Origin: a virus
Reading direction: 5' to 3' (one strand)
Length of the DNA stretch: 64,000 nt
IMG/VR virus record: IMGVR_UViG_3300037755_000757
Span: 952-64,951 of that record
Shown here: in pieces, positions 45,744 through 55,900 of the stretch
How the letters are laid out: each line of letters opens with the position of its first letter
Numbering within the stretch: the stretch's first letter is position 1
Program-made: the position numbers and the translations under genes
Notes under the pieces: model-generated
What the model was told of the DNA's origin: nothing
What the model saw: only the letters and a program-made list of their open reading frames with translations
Databases searched by the model: none

Positions 45744-46565
45744 TTAGAACGGAGTTTCACCGTCACCAGCTACAGACTCCTGCTTTGTCATGTCTGCCTT
45801 GGCAGTTCCAGACAGAATCATTTCGCGGAAGTCCATTGCAGACTGCAGAACCGCAGCTCCAGCCTTCGGGTCAACCAGAGAATTGACCCAAGTGCCGTTG
45901 AACGCTTGGATGAGATAGTTGAACGAGGTTCCTGACGGACGAGTTTCCTTTGTTGTCCGGATACGTGCTCTGTTTGCGAATATCGGAGGACGCTTTCCAC
46001 CGACGCGCAGCATGAACATTGAAGTCGTCCAATCCTTGAACGGCTTGATTTTCGTAGAAGCAAAGCTCATGACAGCGAAACCGTTAACACTTTCACCAAG
46101 ATCGTCGAGAATAAGTCCATACATGTAGTACGTCTCAATGACCTCGTTTCCGTTGTTTTTGAACATGATCCGCTTACCCTCGTCATCCTTGGGCGGCATA
46201 CGGGAACCGTTATTCTTCGCAATCAGGTTCTGAACGAGTTCACTGCTGGGATCGTGTTGAGCTACGAACCCGCCGCCCTTGTTGCGAGGAACCCATTCAA
46301 CCCACTGCTCATCACGATGAACAGGAACAAAGACGAACCCTGTTTCACCTGAAATGATCTCCTGAGTAACGGAGTTCAGAATAGCTCCAGGCTCTGCACC
46401 AGGAACAGTCTGGTTTTCTACTTCCGGCGAAGTTTTCTGGAGCAGATTGAGAAAAGGAATTGACAGGTCGTTTGACGAGATATCTTCAAAACCTTCGTCA
46501 CTGTCATACTCGTAGTTGGCTGGGACTTGTCCCTTGTCTGCCTTTGCTACTTCTTTACTAGCCAT
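45744..46565 (-). CDS. putative ssDNA-binding/annealing protein
   Basis: Start at MASKEV; acidic tail ending in Phe; syntenic with helicases. Confidence 0.65.
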   Translation of the reverse strand: MASKEVAKADKGQVPANYEYDSDEGFEDISSNDLSIPFLNLLQKTSPEVENQTVPGAEPGAILNSVTQEIISGETGFVFVPVHRDEQWVEWVPRNKGGGFVAQHDPSSELVQNLIAKNNGSRMPPKDDEGKRIMFKNNGNEVIETYYMYGLILDDLGESVNGFAVMSFASTKIKPFKDWTTSMFMLRVGGKRPPIFANRARIRTTKETRPSGTSFNYLIQAFNGTWVNSLVDPKAGAAVLQSAMDFREMILSGTAKADMTKQESVAGDGETPF

Positions 46566-46704
46566 TCGTTTGTCTTTCGTTGTTAAGAGCCGTGAAATCC
46601 TGATGAACGCAGGATTTATCCCCCGTCCGCCTTTGCATCGGACCCCAAGACGCGTACCTGTACATGAGTCTCCCCCTCGCGGCATAGAGAGGCGGGGAAT
46701 TCCG

Positions 46705-47247
46705 TTATTTGTCTTTGATTTTGGTCTTCTTAGAAACGTGAACTCCGAAGAGTTCCATGGGGATTTGTTCGCCAGACTCAAGCTTCTTCCTCGCCCAGGA
46801 GGTCAGGGTCGAGTGGTGGACGGAGTTCTCGCGCGTGTAGACTGGACACTTCGGATTTGAATTAAGAAACTCTTCGAAAGCCTTGGCCTTGTCTTCCTGG
46901 TTCTTGTTAAATTCGATAACGAACTTCTGCTTGACAATAGAGCCAGAATTATGCTCTGCTAGCCATTTCGCCCCCTCGTCCGCCCTGTCCTTGGGCAGCG
47001 AGGCGCGCACCGCGTCACTAATAGTGACCTTGCGTCCATCCGGAAGTTCTGTACTTCCGTTCATACCATCCATGAAATTGGGAATTTCAATTTCGCTGAT
47101 CTGCCGAAGCTTCTTTTTTTCTTCGTCGAGCGCTTCTTCAAGCTCTGCTACTCGCTTCTCTGAAGCTTGCTGTCTGTTAGCCAGTTCCTGCAGAGCGACA
47201 ACCCTATTATGACCGATACCAGCGGTCTCGTACTCGTCGTATGACAT
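46705..47247 (-). CDS. conserved replication-module coiled-coil protein
   Basis: 'EIEIPNFM...LPDGRKV...SVHHSTL' family in YuA-like gene order. Confidence 0.75.
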   Translation of the reverse strand: MSYDEYETAGIGHNRVVALQELANRQQASEKRVAELEEALDEEKKKLRQISEIEIPNFMDGMNGSTELPDGRKVTISDAVRASLPKDRADEGAKWLAEHNSGSIVKQKFVIEFNKNQEDKAKAFEEFLNSNPKCPVYTRENSVHHSTLTSWARKKLESGEQIPMELFGVHVSKKTKIKDK

Positions 47248-47273
47248 CGTTACTCCTGACCCTCAATGAAGAC

Positions 47274-47302
47274 ACATTACCACTAAGGCGTTTAAAAGAC
47301 AA
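47274..47302 (-). promoter_or_regulatory. promoter TTGTCT-N17-TAATGT
   Basis: Same TTGTCTTTT...GTGGTA class as early promoters. Confidence 0.7.
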
Positions 47303-47326
47303 GTTAAGGATGCGTAAAAACGATAA

Positions 47327-47677
47327 TTAGTAGACCCTCACCTGAACTGAAACATAGTCCTTATCGCGACCTGACCACTGCAAAAGCTGAAGTAATCCTA
47401 GGTTATGATCAGCAGCTATCGCGCTGGCCATTCCTATTAATACGGGATTGCCGACCAATAAGAGATGATCGTCATTCCCGTATGTGTCAAGCTTCTTCTT
47501 CATTTCCTCAACAAGTTTCTGCGCGCCAAACGGGCTCGCCGTTGGGCTCAGGAGATACACCAGTTCCCCGAATTTCTCTGCCTTGTTTATCGAAGGAAAT
47601 TTGGGGACAAGATCACCCTTAGCATGATCAAACCTCATCTGCTTTTGAACAATGTAAACTGTCATGATCAAATCCAC
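47327..47677 (-). CDS. conserved phage hypothetical protein
   Basis: 'AEKFGELVYLL...DDHLLLVGNPVLIG...LLQW' family. Confidence 0.75.
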   Translation of the reverse strand: MDLIMTVYIVQKQMRFDHAKGDLVPKFPSINKAEKFGELVYLLSPTASPFGAQKLVEEMKKKLDTYGNDDHLLLVGNPVLIGMASAIAADHNLGLLQLLQWSGRDKDYVSVQVRVY

Positions 47678-49161
47678 TCCTCGATCTGGTCACCAAGGAT
47701 GCCAGCCGATATATCTCTTTTTTCACGGAGGTTTTCCACCGTTTTTTGATCCATGGTTCCAGGACACACGATATCTGTGTAGAGAACAGCCTGATCGCTC
47801 ATTCCAGCGCGATGAGGTCTGTCTTCAGACTGCAACCTGTCTATAAGTCTGAAACTGTTGGCATAATAGATCGTGTGCTTGGATATTGTGAGAGTGAGAC
47901 CCGGCCCTCCCTTCTGGGCAGTGCCAACGAACCAGTCAGCATCACCATGTTGAAATCTCAGCTTATTCTTCTCAGCAGTCTCAGAATCAATTTTACCGTC
48001 GTATCTGACAGCACCGTCGCCAAGGAGGTCGAGCAGCTTCTCCACGTCTCTGGTAAATCTGACCCAGACTATTGTAGGTCCTGAAGACTCGTCGCGCAAC
48101 TGTTCCATAACACCGAGTCTGTTATTCTTACCCGGTATCTCCATGAATGGTTCTGGATCAATTGTATCATGATCAACTGGAACATAACCACACAGAACCT
48201 GCTGGAGCCTGAGAAGCTTGACGATAGCCAAGTCTATATCAACGTAAGAACCGTCAGCGAACTCGTGGTACAATTTGTCTCTGATGTTATCATAAACAGA
48301 TTGTTGCTCTTTGGACATCTCAAAATAACGCTTGGTGTAGAGCTTCGGAGGTAGATCAAGCACGTTGGATTTCAAAACTCTGTCTGTGAGCTTGGCTATC
48401 CATTCCGTCAGCTCGTCCAGGTTCCGGTAGCCCAGGAGGACGGGGTAGTCCGGCATCCGACGTCCGGCGTACATCTGAACAAGTTCCTCTTGCGTTGCGT
48501 ACTTGCCGAAGTGCGCGCGGAACTCTTCGGCTCCACCGATACCACGTCTCTTCCAAAACTGGTCGTCAAGGAAGCGTATCTGCGCGTAAAGATCAAACGG
48601 TCCCTTCGCCATAGGAGTTCCGGTAAGAATACGGCGATAGAGAGCGTGCTTGCCAGCAGCGACAGCGGACAGAGTTCTCTTTGCTCCTGGGCTCTTGATA
48701 TTGTGCGATTCGTCCAGAACCATCATGCAGCGACGGCTCTTCAGAAACTTCCAGACTAGATCCTTACCAACCTTTGTCATGAACGCGGGATAGCTTATGA
48801 GCAGAATGGCGAAGCCCTCGTGTTCCAAGAGCCTCGCCATTCTTTGCTTATGGTTCAATGTGTGCTTGCGTTCTGACTTGAAGACCTCCGCCACAGTATC
48901 ATCAGCCACGTCTGGAAGCATGTGAGAAGGGAGTTCGTCAGACTTCCAGTTTCTCTCAACTCCAGGAGGGGCCACGACCAACATTCCATTTATCTTGCCC
49001 GACAGATAAAGGAAGCAACCAGTGTCAATGACCGGTTTCGTTTTCGCGGTTCCCTGTTCCCAGAGGAGTCCCCACGCCCTAGTCTCAGCGTGCTGGAGGA
49101 GATGCTCCCTCTGATGCTTGAATGGCTCAATCAAGTGAGGATAGTCTTCAATATTCATCAT
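47668..49161 (-). CDS. SNF2-like SF2 helicase
   Basis: 'EQGTAKT', 'LDESH', 'ILTGTP', 'QSEDRPHRAG'. Confidence 0.92.
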   Translation of the reverse strand: MMNIEDYPHLIEPFKHQREHLLQHAETRAWGLLWEQGTAKTKPVIDTGCFLYLSGKINGMLVVAPPGVERNWKSDELPSHMLPDVADDTVAEVFKSERKHTLNHKQRMARLLEHEGFAILLISYPAFMTKVGKDLVWKFLKSRRCMMVLDESHNIKSPGAKRTLSAVAAGKHALYRRILTGTPMAKGPFDLYAQIRFLDDQFWKRRGIGGAEEFRAHFGKYATQEELVQMYAGRRMPDYPVLLGYRNLDELTEWIAKLTDRVLKSNVLDLPPKLYTKRYFEMSKEQQSVYDNIRDKLYHEFADGSYVDIDLAIVKLLRLQQVLCGYVPVDHDTIDPEPFMEIPGKNNRLGVMEQLRDESSGPTIVWVRFTRDVEKLLDLLGDGAVRYDGKIDSETAEKNKLRFQHGDADWFVGTAQKGGPGLTLTISKHTIYYANSFRLIDRLQSEDRPHRAGMSDQAVLYTDIVCPGTMDQKTVENLREKRDISAGILGDQIEEWI

Positions 49162-49202
49162 GATGCTCCTTTTCTAGACCGACAACTATAACACACGCGT
49201 AC

Positions 49203-49409
49203 TCAGGAAGATAGCTTCCTGTATCTTTCAGCCAGTTCAGCGTAATGCTGTTTCCTATACTTTTCAATCAGCTCACGATCAACTCTGACCTGACAACCAT
49301 CAATCTCGACAATGGTCCCCATCGCCATCGCTTCGCCAAGCGTCAAGCCTTCGTTTGGTCCAGAGCCGATAAGCGCGTCAAGAAATGTCTGTCTCAACAT
49401 TTTCTCCAT
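49203..49409 (-). CDS. hypothetical protein
   Basis: Packed ORF. Confidence 0.5.
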   Translation of the reverse strand: MEKMLRQTFLDALIGSGPNEGLTLGEAMAMGTIVEIDGCQVRVDRELIEKYRKQHYAELAERYRKLSS

Positions 49410-49648
49410 GTTCCATTTTTCAACCAGCCATGCCAGTGATCAACGATATTCAAAGACGGATGCAGACTCTGAGTCTTATCGTTAAAATCCCACGACGGGG
49501 AGGGCTCGCCGTCCTTCTTGCCCAAGGAGATGGCGCTGCGCCCTCGGCATCTTCCGCATGGACAGATAAACCAGAACAGCTTGTATTTCTGATCAGGGAA
49601 GTACTCTCCTGGTTCTTTAACTTGATCTTTAGAAGTCTTCAAAAGCAT
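49394..49648 (-). CDS. DUF6527-like protein
   Basis: 'FICPCG...SWDF...SLHPSL...WHGWLKNG'. Confidence 0.65.
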   Translation of the reverse strand: MLLKTSKDQVKEPGEYFPDQKYKLFWFICPCGRCRGRSAISLGKKDGEPSPSWDFNDKTQSLHPSLNIVDHWHGWLKNGTWRKC

Positions 49649-49662
49649 GACAGTTACAACCG

Positions 49663-49980
49663 GTAGTTGTTACTCTACTTACTCTACAATTTTAACAAGT
49701 AGAGTATAAAAGTAAAGCAGCACTTTTGCAGCAATTACAACGGCTTAGACGGTGAGTTATGGTAAACCCTCTACTTACTCTACTTTTTGGGCCAATTTTG
49801 GGTTGCACAACTTTTGCGCGTTTTGCGCCGCAACTGCAAAATAGGTTGTGCAAGTAAAGCAGGTAGAGTTTTTTCCATAACTCAGGAGCTAAGCCTTTGT
49901 AATTAAAGCATTCTTCCGTACTCTACTTTTTTCTATTGTGCACTGCAAAAGTAAAGCAGGACAACCCAAGTAGAGCATAA
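49663..49980. repeat. origin-like locus B, homologous to 3131-3480
   Basis: Multiple TACTCTACT/AGTAGAG motifs, inverted GAGTTATGG/CCATAACTC pair. Confidence 0.75.
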
Positions 49981-49991
49981 CACGACAAACT

Positions 49992-50486
49992 TTACGCCAG
50001 ATCCGGCCGATACTCGAAATGAGGACCGTCAATAAACGCAGATCTTCGCTGACTTCTTCGCAGAGACACGTAATGATCCACTCTCGCTTTGAGCATGTCA
50101 GGAGACGCAAACTGGTTCGCTCGGTTCGGACTTATCAACTCCCAGCAGCCACCCCACCGAATCGGAACTCCCTTTCGGTTGGACACCTGTGTCATCGCGA
50201 ACGCCACGTGACACGTCGGCATCCACTCCCATCTGGGCTGACCGTTGATATACGGAACAAGATCAACGGCGTACCCGAATCCGTCTGATTTAACAAGATG
50301 ATGACTCTTCATCGTCTTGCTGACACCTTTTGCAACGTACTCTTTCTGTTCAGCAAGAGTGCGGGGTCCATCCAGCACAGTGAAATCTTGTGTCGTGATC
50401 TTTATCGCTTCTTCGACCAGCCCAAGGAGAACAGGGTGGACGCCTTCAAGGTTGGAGCGAGAACGTTTTCCAAGAAAATAGGTCAT
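49992..50486 (-). CDS. endolysin, M15 (L-Ala-D-Glu) peptidase
   Basis: 'GPRTLAEQ...SHH...AVDL...IRWGG...DGPHFE'. Confidence 0.9.
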   Translation of the reverse strand: MTYFLGKRSRSNLEGVHPVLLGLVEEAIKITTQDFTVLDGPRTLAEQKEYVAKGVSKTMKSHHLVKSDGFGYAVDLVPYINGQPRWEWMPTCHVAFAMTQVSNRKGVPIRWGGCWELISPNRANQFASPDMLKARVDHYVSLRRSQRRSAFIDGPHFEYRPDLA

Positions 50487-50764
50487 TTGCCGAGCATTCC
50501 TTTCAATCCGAGCCAGATAGCTCCAGCTATACCAGTGATCAATAGAGTCAGAACTGTTGTCATCCCTATCCAGCTCATCTTTTCAGTGGCCATTCTCCAT
50601 TTTCGTAAGTGAATAAGGTCAGCCCGGAATTCTTTGTCTCTCATCAGATCTGCCACCTCCTTCAGCGATGACATCTGTCTCTGCATTTCAAACTTGTCTC
50701 TAGTATCAAACCCTAAAGAACCTAAGACTTCCTGGACTGCTACCCTTACTTCATCATCCGTCAT
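50483..50764 (-). CDS. membrane protein in lysis cassette (holin/antiholin-like)
   Basis: C-terminal TM helix. Confidence 0.55.
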   Translation of the reverse strand: MTDDEVRVAVQEVLGSLGFDTRDKFEMQRQMSSLKEVADLMRDKEFRADLIHLRKWRMATEKMSWIGMTTVLTLLITGIAGAIWLGLKGMLGK

Positions 50765-51128
50765 TTTGTTTCCTGTAGTATTGAAGTCTCCACTTGGCCT
50801 CCTTTATCCATCTCAGAAGCTCGGCCTGATTCTGAGCCAACTCCTCGTATTCTTTGGGAGTCAGTGATATATAGACCCATTGTTCGGCTGTGGGGAGGCG
50901 TTCGTTAGAAAAGACTTCCCACTGTATTTCCTTCAAATTGACAGGTGCCGGATCCGGAAGCACACGTGTCTTAGGTGATTCAACCGGAACAATCCTTACG
51001 GACTTTTCCGGTGGCGCACTCGAGCATGCGGATAACGTCAGCAGTACCGCGATTAACGCGATTTTCGATAAGACCTGGCTTAGACTGAGCGAGTGCTCCG
51101 AAATTGTGCTCTGAGAATATGCCATCAA
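50754..51128 (-). CDS. o-spanin lipoprotein (true start nearer the lipobox)
   Basis: Lipobox 'LSAC', Pro-rich; overlaps i-spanin. Confidence 0.7.
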   Translation of the reverse strand: MMAYSQSTISEHSLSLSQVLSKIALIAVLLTLSACSSAPPEKSVRIVPVESPKTRVLPDPAPVNLKEIQWEVFSNERLPTAEQWVYISLTPKEYEELAQNQAELLRWIKEAKWRLQYYRKQNDG

Positions 51129-51432
51129 GTCTCTCCAGTTCGGCTCTCGCCGCTATCTGATTATCTTGCATTTCCTGAACGCTCCTGACCAGTTCGTCTT
51201 GGGCATTTCGCAACTGATCAATATTTTCTAGAGCGAGCTTATTGTTCATCTCTTCAGCTTGAAGTTTCAATGCTAACGATTCATTACTGGCAATGAGATC
51301 ATTAATACTGACTTGCATGTTAGAGATATACCAGTAAGCAGCCAGACCGAGTCCGGCTGCCACCAGCAGAGGAAAGTATCTCCAGAGAATGGTCATTTTC
51401 CTATTGTCCTTATAGCTGCTATATCTTGCCAA
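50980..51432 (-). CDS. i-spanin
   Basis: N-terminal TM plus long coiled coil, 'KPGLIE'. Confidence 0.75.
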   Translation of the reverse strand: MARYSSYKDNRKMTILWRYFPLLVAAGLGLAAYWYISNMQVSINDLIASNESLALKLQAEEMNNKLALENIDQLRNAQDELVRSVQEMQDNQIAARAELERLDGIFSEHNFGALAQSKPGLIENRVNRGTADVIRMLECATGKVRKDCSG

Positions 51433-51704
51433 GCTGCCCCGAACACGTATGACCCCACCATTGAGACGATTGTGAAGAACGACATTGTCACTACTGTCTC
51501 AGCCACAGAACCAGTCATCCCTGTATATAGTACATAGCTGATCGCCAACATACAAAATATGGTCGTGAGCCACAGCATGCGCCGCCTTGCGTGCCAGCTA
51601 AACCCCGCGCTAACGCTGGAGGCCCCCTGAGGGTCCGAGGGCTGGTCCGGCGTGGCTTGGGTGTGGTTGCTTACCGGGCCGGTGTTTGGGCTGTCCTGGA
51701 CCAT
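51393..51704 (-). CDS. two-TM holin-like protein
   Basis: 'WHARRRM' then two TM helices, 'YVFGAAWQD'. Confidence 0.65.
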   Translation of the reverse strand: MVQDSPNTGPVSNHTQATPDQPSDPQGASSVSAGFSWHARRRMLWLTTIFCMLAISYVLYTGMTGSVAETVVTMSFFTIVSMVGSYVFGAAWQDIAAIRTIGK

Positions 51705-51716
51705 CTGTGTGGCTCG

Positions 51717-51977
51717 CTATTTTGGTTTTGCCTCAAAAATACCGTCTGAATAGGTTCCACCGATCTCGCAGCCATCAGCCCAATCGACGATCAGCTTGCC
51801 CGGCAACATGAAGTCGTCATCTGCGCTGATGATGTTATCGACAGTACCACTGTCCATGCTGATCACTGCGCGTCGCTTCGCTTTAGCGTCTCGAGCCTGT
51901 TGCAGCGCCGCCCGCTTGCGTCTAAAGGCTTCGCGATCCTGCTTTACTTGTTTCTGTACCATCAAATCCTCCATCAA
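51717..51977 (-). CDS. small protein after the tail fibre (possible fibre chaperone)
   Basis: 'CEIGGTYSDGIFEAK'; position. Confidence 0.55.
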   Translation of the reverse strand: MMEDLMVQKQVKQDREAFRRKRAALQQARDAKAKRRAVISMDSGTVDNIISADDDFMLPGKLIVDWADGCEIGGTYSDGIFEAKPK

Positions 51978-52948
51978 TCAGCGACCGGGAACACGATTAC
52001 ATCGACGCGGCCATCGCCACCCGCGCCGCTGGTTCCAGAGGATGTTCCGCCGCCGCCGCCTCCCGGCTGTGAACCGGCCACGCCTGCCGCACTTCCGCCA
52101 GCACCGCCAGCACCCCCAGACAGTGACGTACCTCCAGCACCGCCACCACCTCCGTCAAGACCGCCACCGCCACCGCCGCCGCCGTGAATTGAATTTCCGC
52201 CATCGCCGGAGGCAGACCCACTGTCGCCCCCTCCCCCTCCGCCTCCGCCTCCATAAACAGAGCCGCCGCCGTCATTGTTACCGTCATGCCCGCCACCGCC
52301 ACCACCGAATGTGCTCGCACCTCCGGGGGTTCCAGCGGCTCCACCCAAAGGCGATCCGCCAGCCGCTCCACTCTGGCCACTGGAATTTGATCCTGACGAA
52401 AGAAGGCCACCGCCACCGCCACCGCCACCGCCATTACCGCCAGTACCTACTCCCCCGCGCCCGCCACCGAAGGCCGAAGCGACGGATCCGAAAGTGGTAG
52501 TGCCTCCAGCGTTACCGTTTCCGCCAGATTGCCCCACTCCGCCCGCGCCGATTGTTACGGTTTCCGTCGAACCAAGCTCGGAAAGCAATTTCCAAATTTC
52601 GATACAAGCGGCACCGCCTCCACCACCTCCTGAATCAGAACTATCTCGCGCGCCGCCAGAACCGCCACCACCCCAAAGACGAATTAGTACCTGACTGTTG
52701 GCTCCAAATCCGGTGTCGGTAGGCTTAGTCCATGTTCCAGAGCTATTGAAGCGCTGGAAGTCCTGAGAGCCACTTCCGCCCCCCGCTCCAGCATTTTGAA
52801 ACGACGGCAGATCGCTAGGACCATTGCTCGTTAGAACCTGACCAGCAACTCCCTTACTGTTGTTCGATGTTATGTGAGGAGACGCTTGTCCAGGGTTAGA
52901 GTAGTCCCAAACCACATTTTCATTATCTGTGAGATCTCTGTCAGCCAT
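51974..52948 (-). CDS. glycine-rich tail fibre/minor tail protein
   Basis: 'FNSSGTWTKP...RLWGGGGSGG' and GGxGG repeats. Confidence 0.8.
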   Translation of the reverse strand: MADRDLTDNENVVWDYSNPGQASPHITSNNSKGVAGQVLTSNGPSDLPSFQNAGAGGGSGSQDFQRFNSSGTWTKPTDTGFGANSQVLIRLWGGGGSGGARDSSDSGGGGGGAACIEIWKLLSELGSTETVTIGAGGVGQSGGNGNAGGTTTFGSVASAFGGGRGGVGTGGNGGGGGGGGGLLSSGSNSSGQSGAAGGSPLGGAAGTPGGASTFGGGGGGHDGNNDGGGSVYGGGGGGGGGDSGSASGDGGNSIHGGGGGGGGLDGGGGGAGGTSLSGGAGGAGGSAAGVAGSQPGGGGGGTSSGTSGAGGDGRVDVIVFPVAD

Positions 52949-52957
52949 GTCTGTATC

Positions 52958-55900
52958 CTAGTATGGTGCGCGAATGCGAGAGCCATCCGGCGCGTATATG
53001 TCATCAGTTCCGAGTTGACCTGTCACGAATGGTTGAGGGGCTTCGTCGACAAGGGTCAACGAAGCAGACAGATCAGGATTAATCTTAACTCCCAGAACAA
53101 GCATGCGCTTATTCACACTTGTAAATGGCCCAGAGGCCACAAGACAGTCTCGCAGCAAAGGCTCCCAGAAATCTATCCAGTCGGCTCCGACGCCCGGTTC
53201 TGAAAGTGATCCGGACGTGTGGTCTGCGATGCAGGTGTACGACTCACCCCCGTTTACGACGACGTCCTCCTGGGCATACGACGTGGATCCGGCCCACGAA
53301 CCTTCGTCAGTCAGATAGGACGGCAAGGGCTGAGGAGTGGAGAACGTTAAAACAGAAGTTTCGTCCTCTTCATCAACCTGTGCTGTGAGTGTCGTTCCGT
53401 CCTGAAGTTGTATGACCACTCCGGCCGGAAATCCTGCGTCAGAATAGAATACTGACTCTGATCCAAGAGAACCGTTTTCGGTAAAACCGCCTCCTGTCCC
53501 CTTGTTTGTCGGGAAGTCTCCGTCTTGCCCAGAGAGGTAGACCAGCGGGGACGTTCCGGGAGCAGATCCGTCCGAACCTAAGTTCGTGGGGCGGCCATTC
53601 GTACTGATAAAGTCTCGTCTGTTAGCTTCAACGCTGAAATCTATAAACAGTCCATCTTCTAACCAGACTTCTGCGAGCGAGCCTTCAAATAGTTGACTGC
53701 CGTTAGGACGCCCGCCTACAGATGCGTCGTCTGTGGTGAAGTCAATATCGTCATCGGTGTAGGTTGATACTGTGAGGTCTGACTCTATATCATTGATGAC
53801 GATGTGTCTGTCATCAGTATCACTGAGGTCCACACTCCCACAGACATGACTCCATTCACCAGGAAGCAGCGTCGTGTCAGCCTCAATGTCAAGAATAACT
53901 GTTCCTGCGGCGTTTCTACCGAATAAGCGGATGGCTCCGGTTGTTCTTAGAACTATCGCAAATCTAACCTGATCTCCAGAAGTCTCTATAGAAATCAGGT
54001 GTTGGTCAGCAGTAGGAAGCTCTTCTGGATTTATCCAGAATGAGAAGGCTACTGATCCGCTGTCAGCAGCACCAGATAACCCAGCTCCACGAATCAGATA
54101 AGCAGCTTCGGGATCTGGGAACGCATCGCCTTGAACATCAAAGTTTCTGACGTATCGAGCTTCCCCGACTGTTAGCCTGAACTCGTCAACCCAGCCAAGC
54201 CACGGAGAATTGGCGGTATCTCCTCCAAGACGACCTATAGCCAATTCGTCTTCACTGTCGTTCACGGATCCTGTAAAGGCGAGGCTGCCTTGTTGAACTC
54301 CGTCTATGAACATTCGAAGGATATCACGCTCTCTGGTGAATGCAAGGTGGTGCCAGCCGGGATTATTCTCGTCATTATCATAGGTATCCTGACTTGTGAT
54401 CGTGAAATCAGTAGTTCCTTGCCAGACGTTAGCATAGATTCGACCATCAGCGTTTCTCTGAAGTAGCCACGCTCTTCCGTTACTGTCTCCAGCTGCATCC
54501 CCCTGTCCGGCCATGTGCCTACTGCTGCCGACTGCGGCATCAACGAAGAACCAGCACTCAATCGTGAAGTCCTGATCGCCCAAGGTGAAGCCAGAGCTGT
54601 CCGGAGTATCAATATAGTCCCCAGTTCCGTCAAACTGTCCTGATGCAGTTCCAAATCTGAACTCACCGGTGTCAAGGTCAGCGTCTCCTTCGGCGGTGAA
54701 CGTGTGCGCTCCTAACGAACTATCCGTGAACGTTGTAGAACCGTCGGATCCGTCAAAGTGAAGCAGCAGCTTCGTGTTCAAATCTTGTAGAAACTTGGCA
54801 CCGATAGCATCCCCGACGAGATCCAACCGAAGAGCTGTATCCACATGAATATCAGTAATATCTCCACCAGAGGTATCAGCTTTCAGGATGCGAGCGCTGT
54901 CTGTATGTCTGCGAAGAGTGTCATGCGCGAGAGCTACGAGTGACCCTTTCGTGCAGTACAGATGCTGGATATCAGTTCCAACCTGATACAAGGCACTCCT
55001 CAGAATTAGTTGCCTGAGGTCCCTCGTTGCTCTGTCCCTTGCTGAGGCTTCATTCGTTATCCCGGTGTAGTCAATAGCCTCGATTATGTTGGCTGGGAAT
55101 TTTCGGTAAGCAAATATCTCTCTAGGAAGGTAATCATTATCCTCATCATTAAACGCTATGCGGAGGCCGTCAGGTAGACGCGGGAAGGCTCTCCTTATAG
55201 CCAGTCCAGAACTATTCCTCTGTGTGAATGCTTCAATAGGACTCTCGTCAGATCGGTCATTATCAATTACGACACCGACCTTGTCAGAAATTCTGTTCGA
55301 TGCGTTACCTGTCGCAGCGATAACCCGAAGCACGTCGGTGAGTGAACGTTCTGACGAGAAGAATGCGTTGCACTCTCTAGTCGGGGCAAAAGGATAAGGA
55401 GCAGTTGGCGGCGTAAAGTTTTCTGTCCAGCGCGCTATGCCAACAGATAAACGGAATTCGTCGATCCAGCCGTTTAAAGAGCCGGAACCGTTGCTGCTAT
55501 GAGCTCCAACAACTAGGATTTCAGCGCAGGGGTTCACACTGCCAGTAATAGCAGGTGATGCTTGCACCTGCCCATCCACGAAGGAGATCAGCGTATTTCC
55601 GCTACGAACGAGGGCAACATGATGAAAGTCACCATCAGCAGCCAATGCTCCCGCCGAAGAGTTCGCATTCACAAAACCTGAACCTTGATATACTCGAAAC
55701 TCCAAGGTTCCATTAGTCAGCACAACCAGACTGAATGAGGAATCTACATTGCCCGCACCGCCTCTGTGCCCAGCAATCCCCGTCGTTGCTGCAAGCGAGT
55801 TTAAGCGAACCTGCGCTTCAATTGTGAAGTCCTGTGGCCCTAGCGTAAAATCCGCATGATCCGGCGTCGAAATATAGTCACCCGTTCCGTCAAACAGCCC

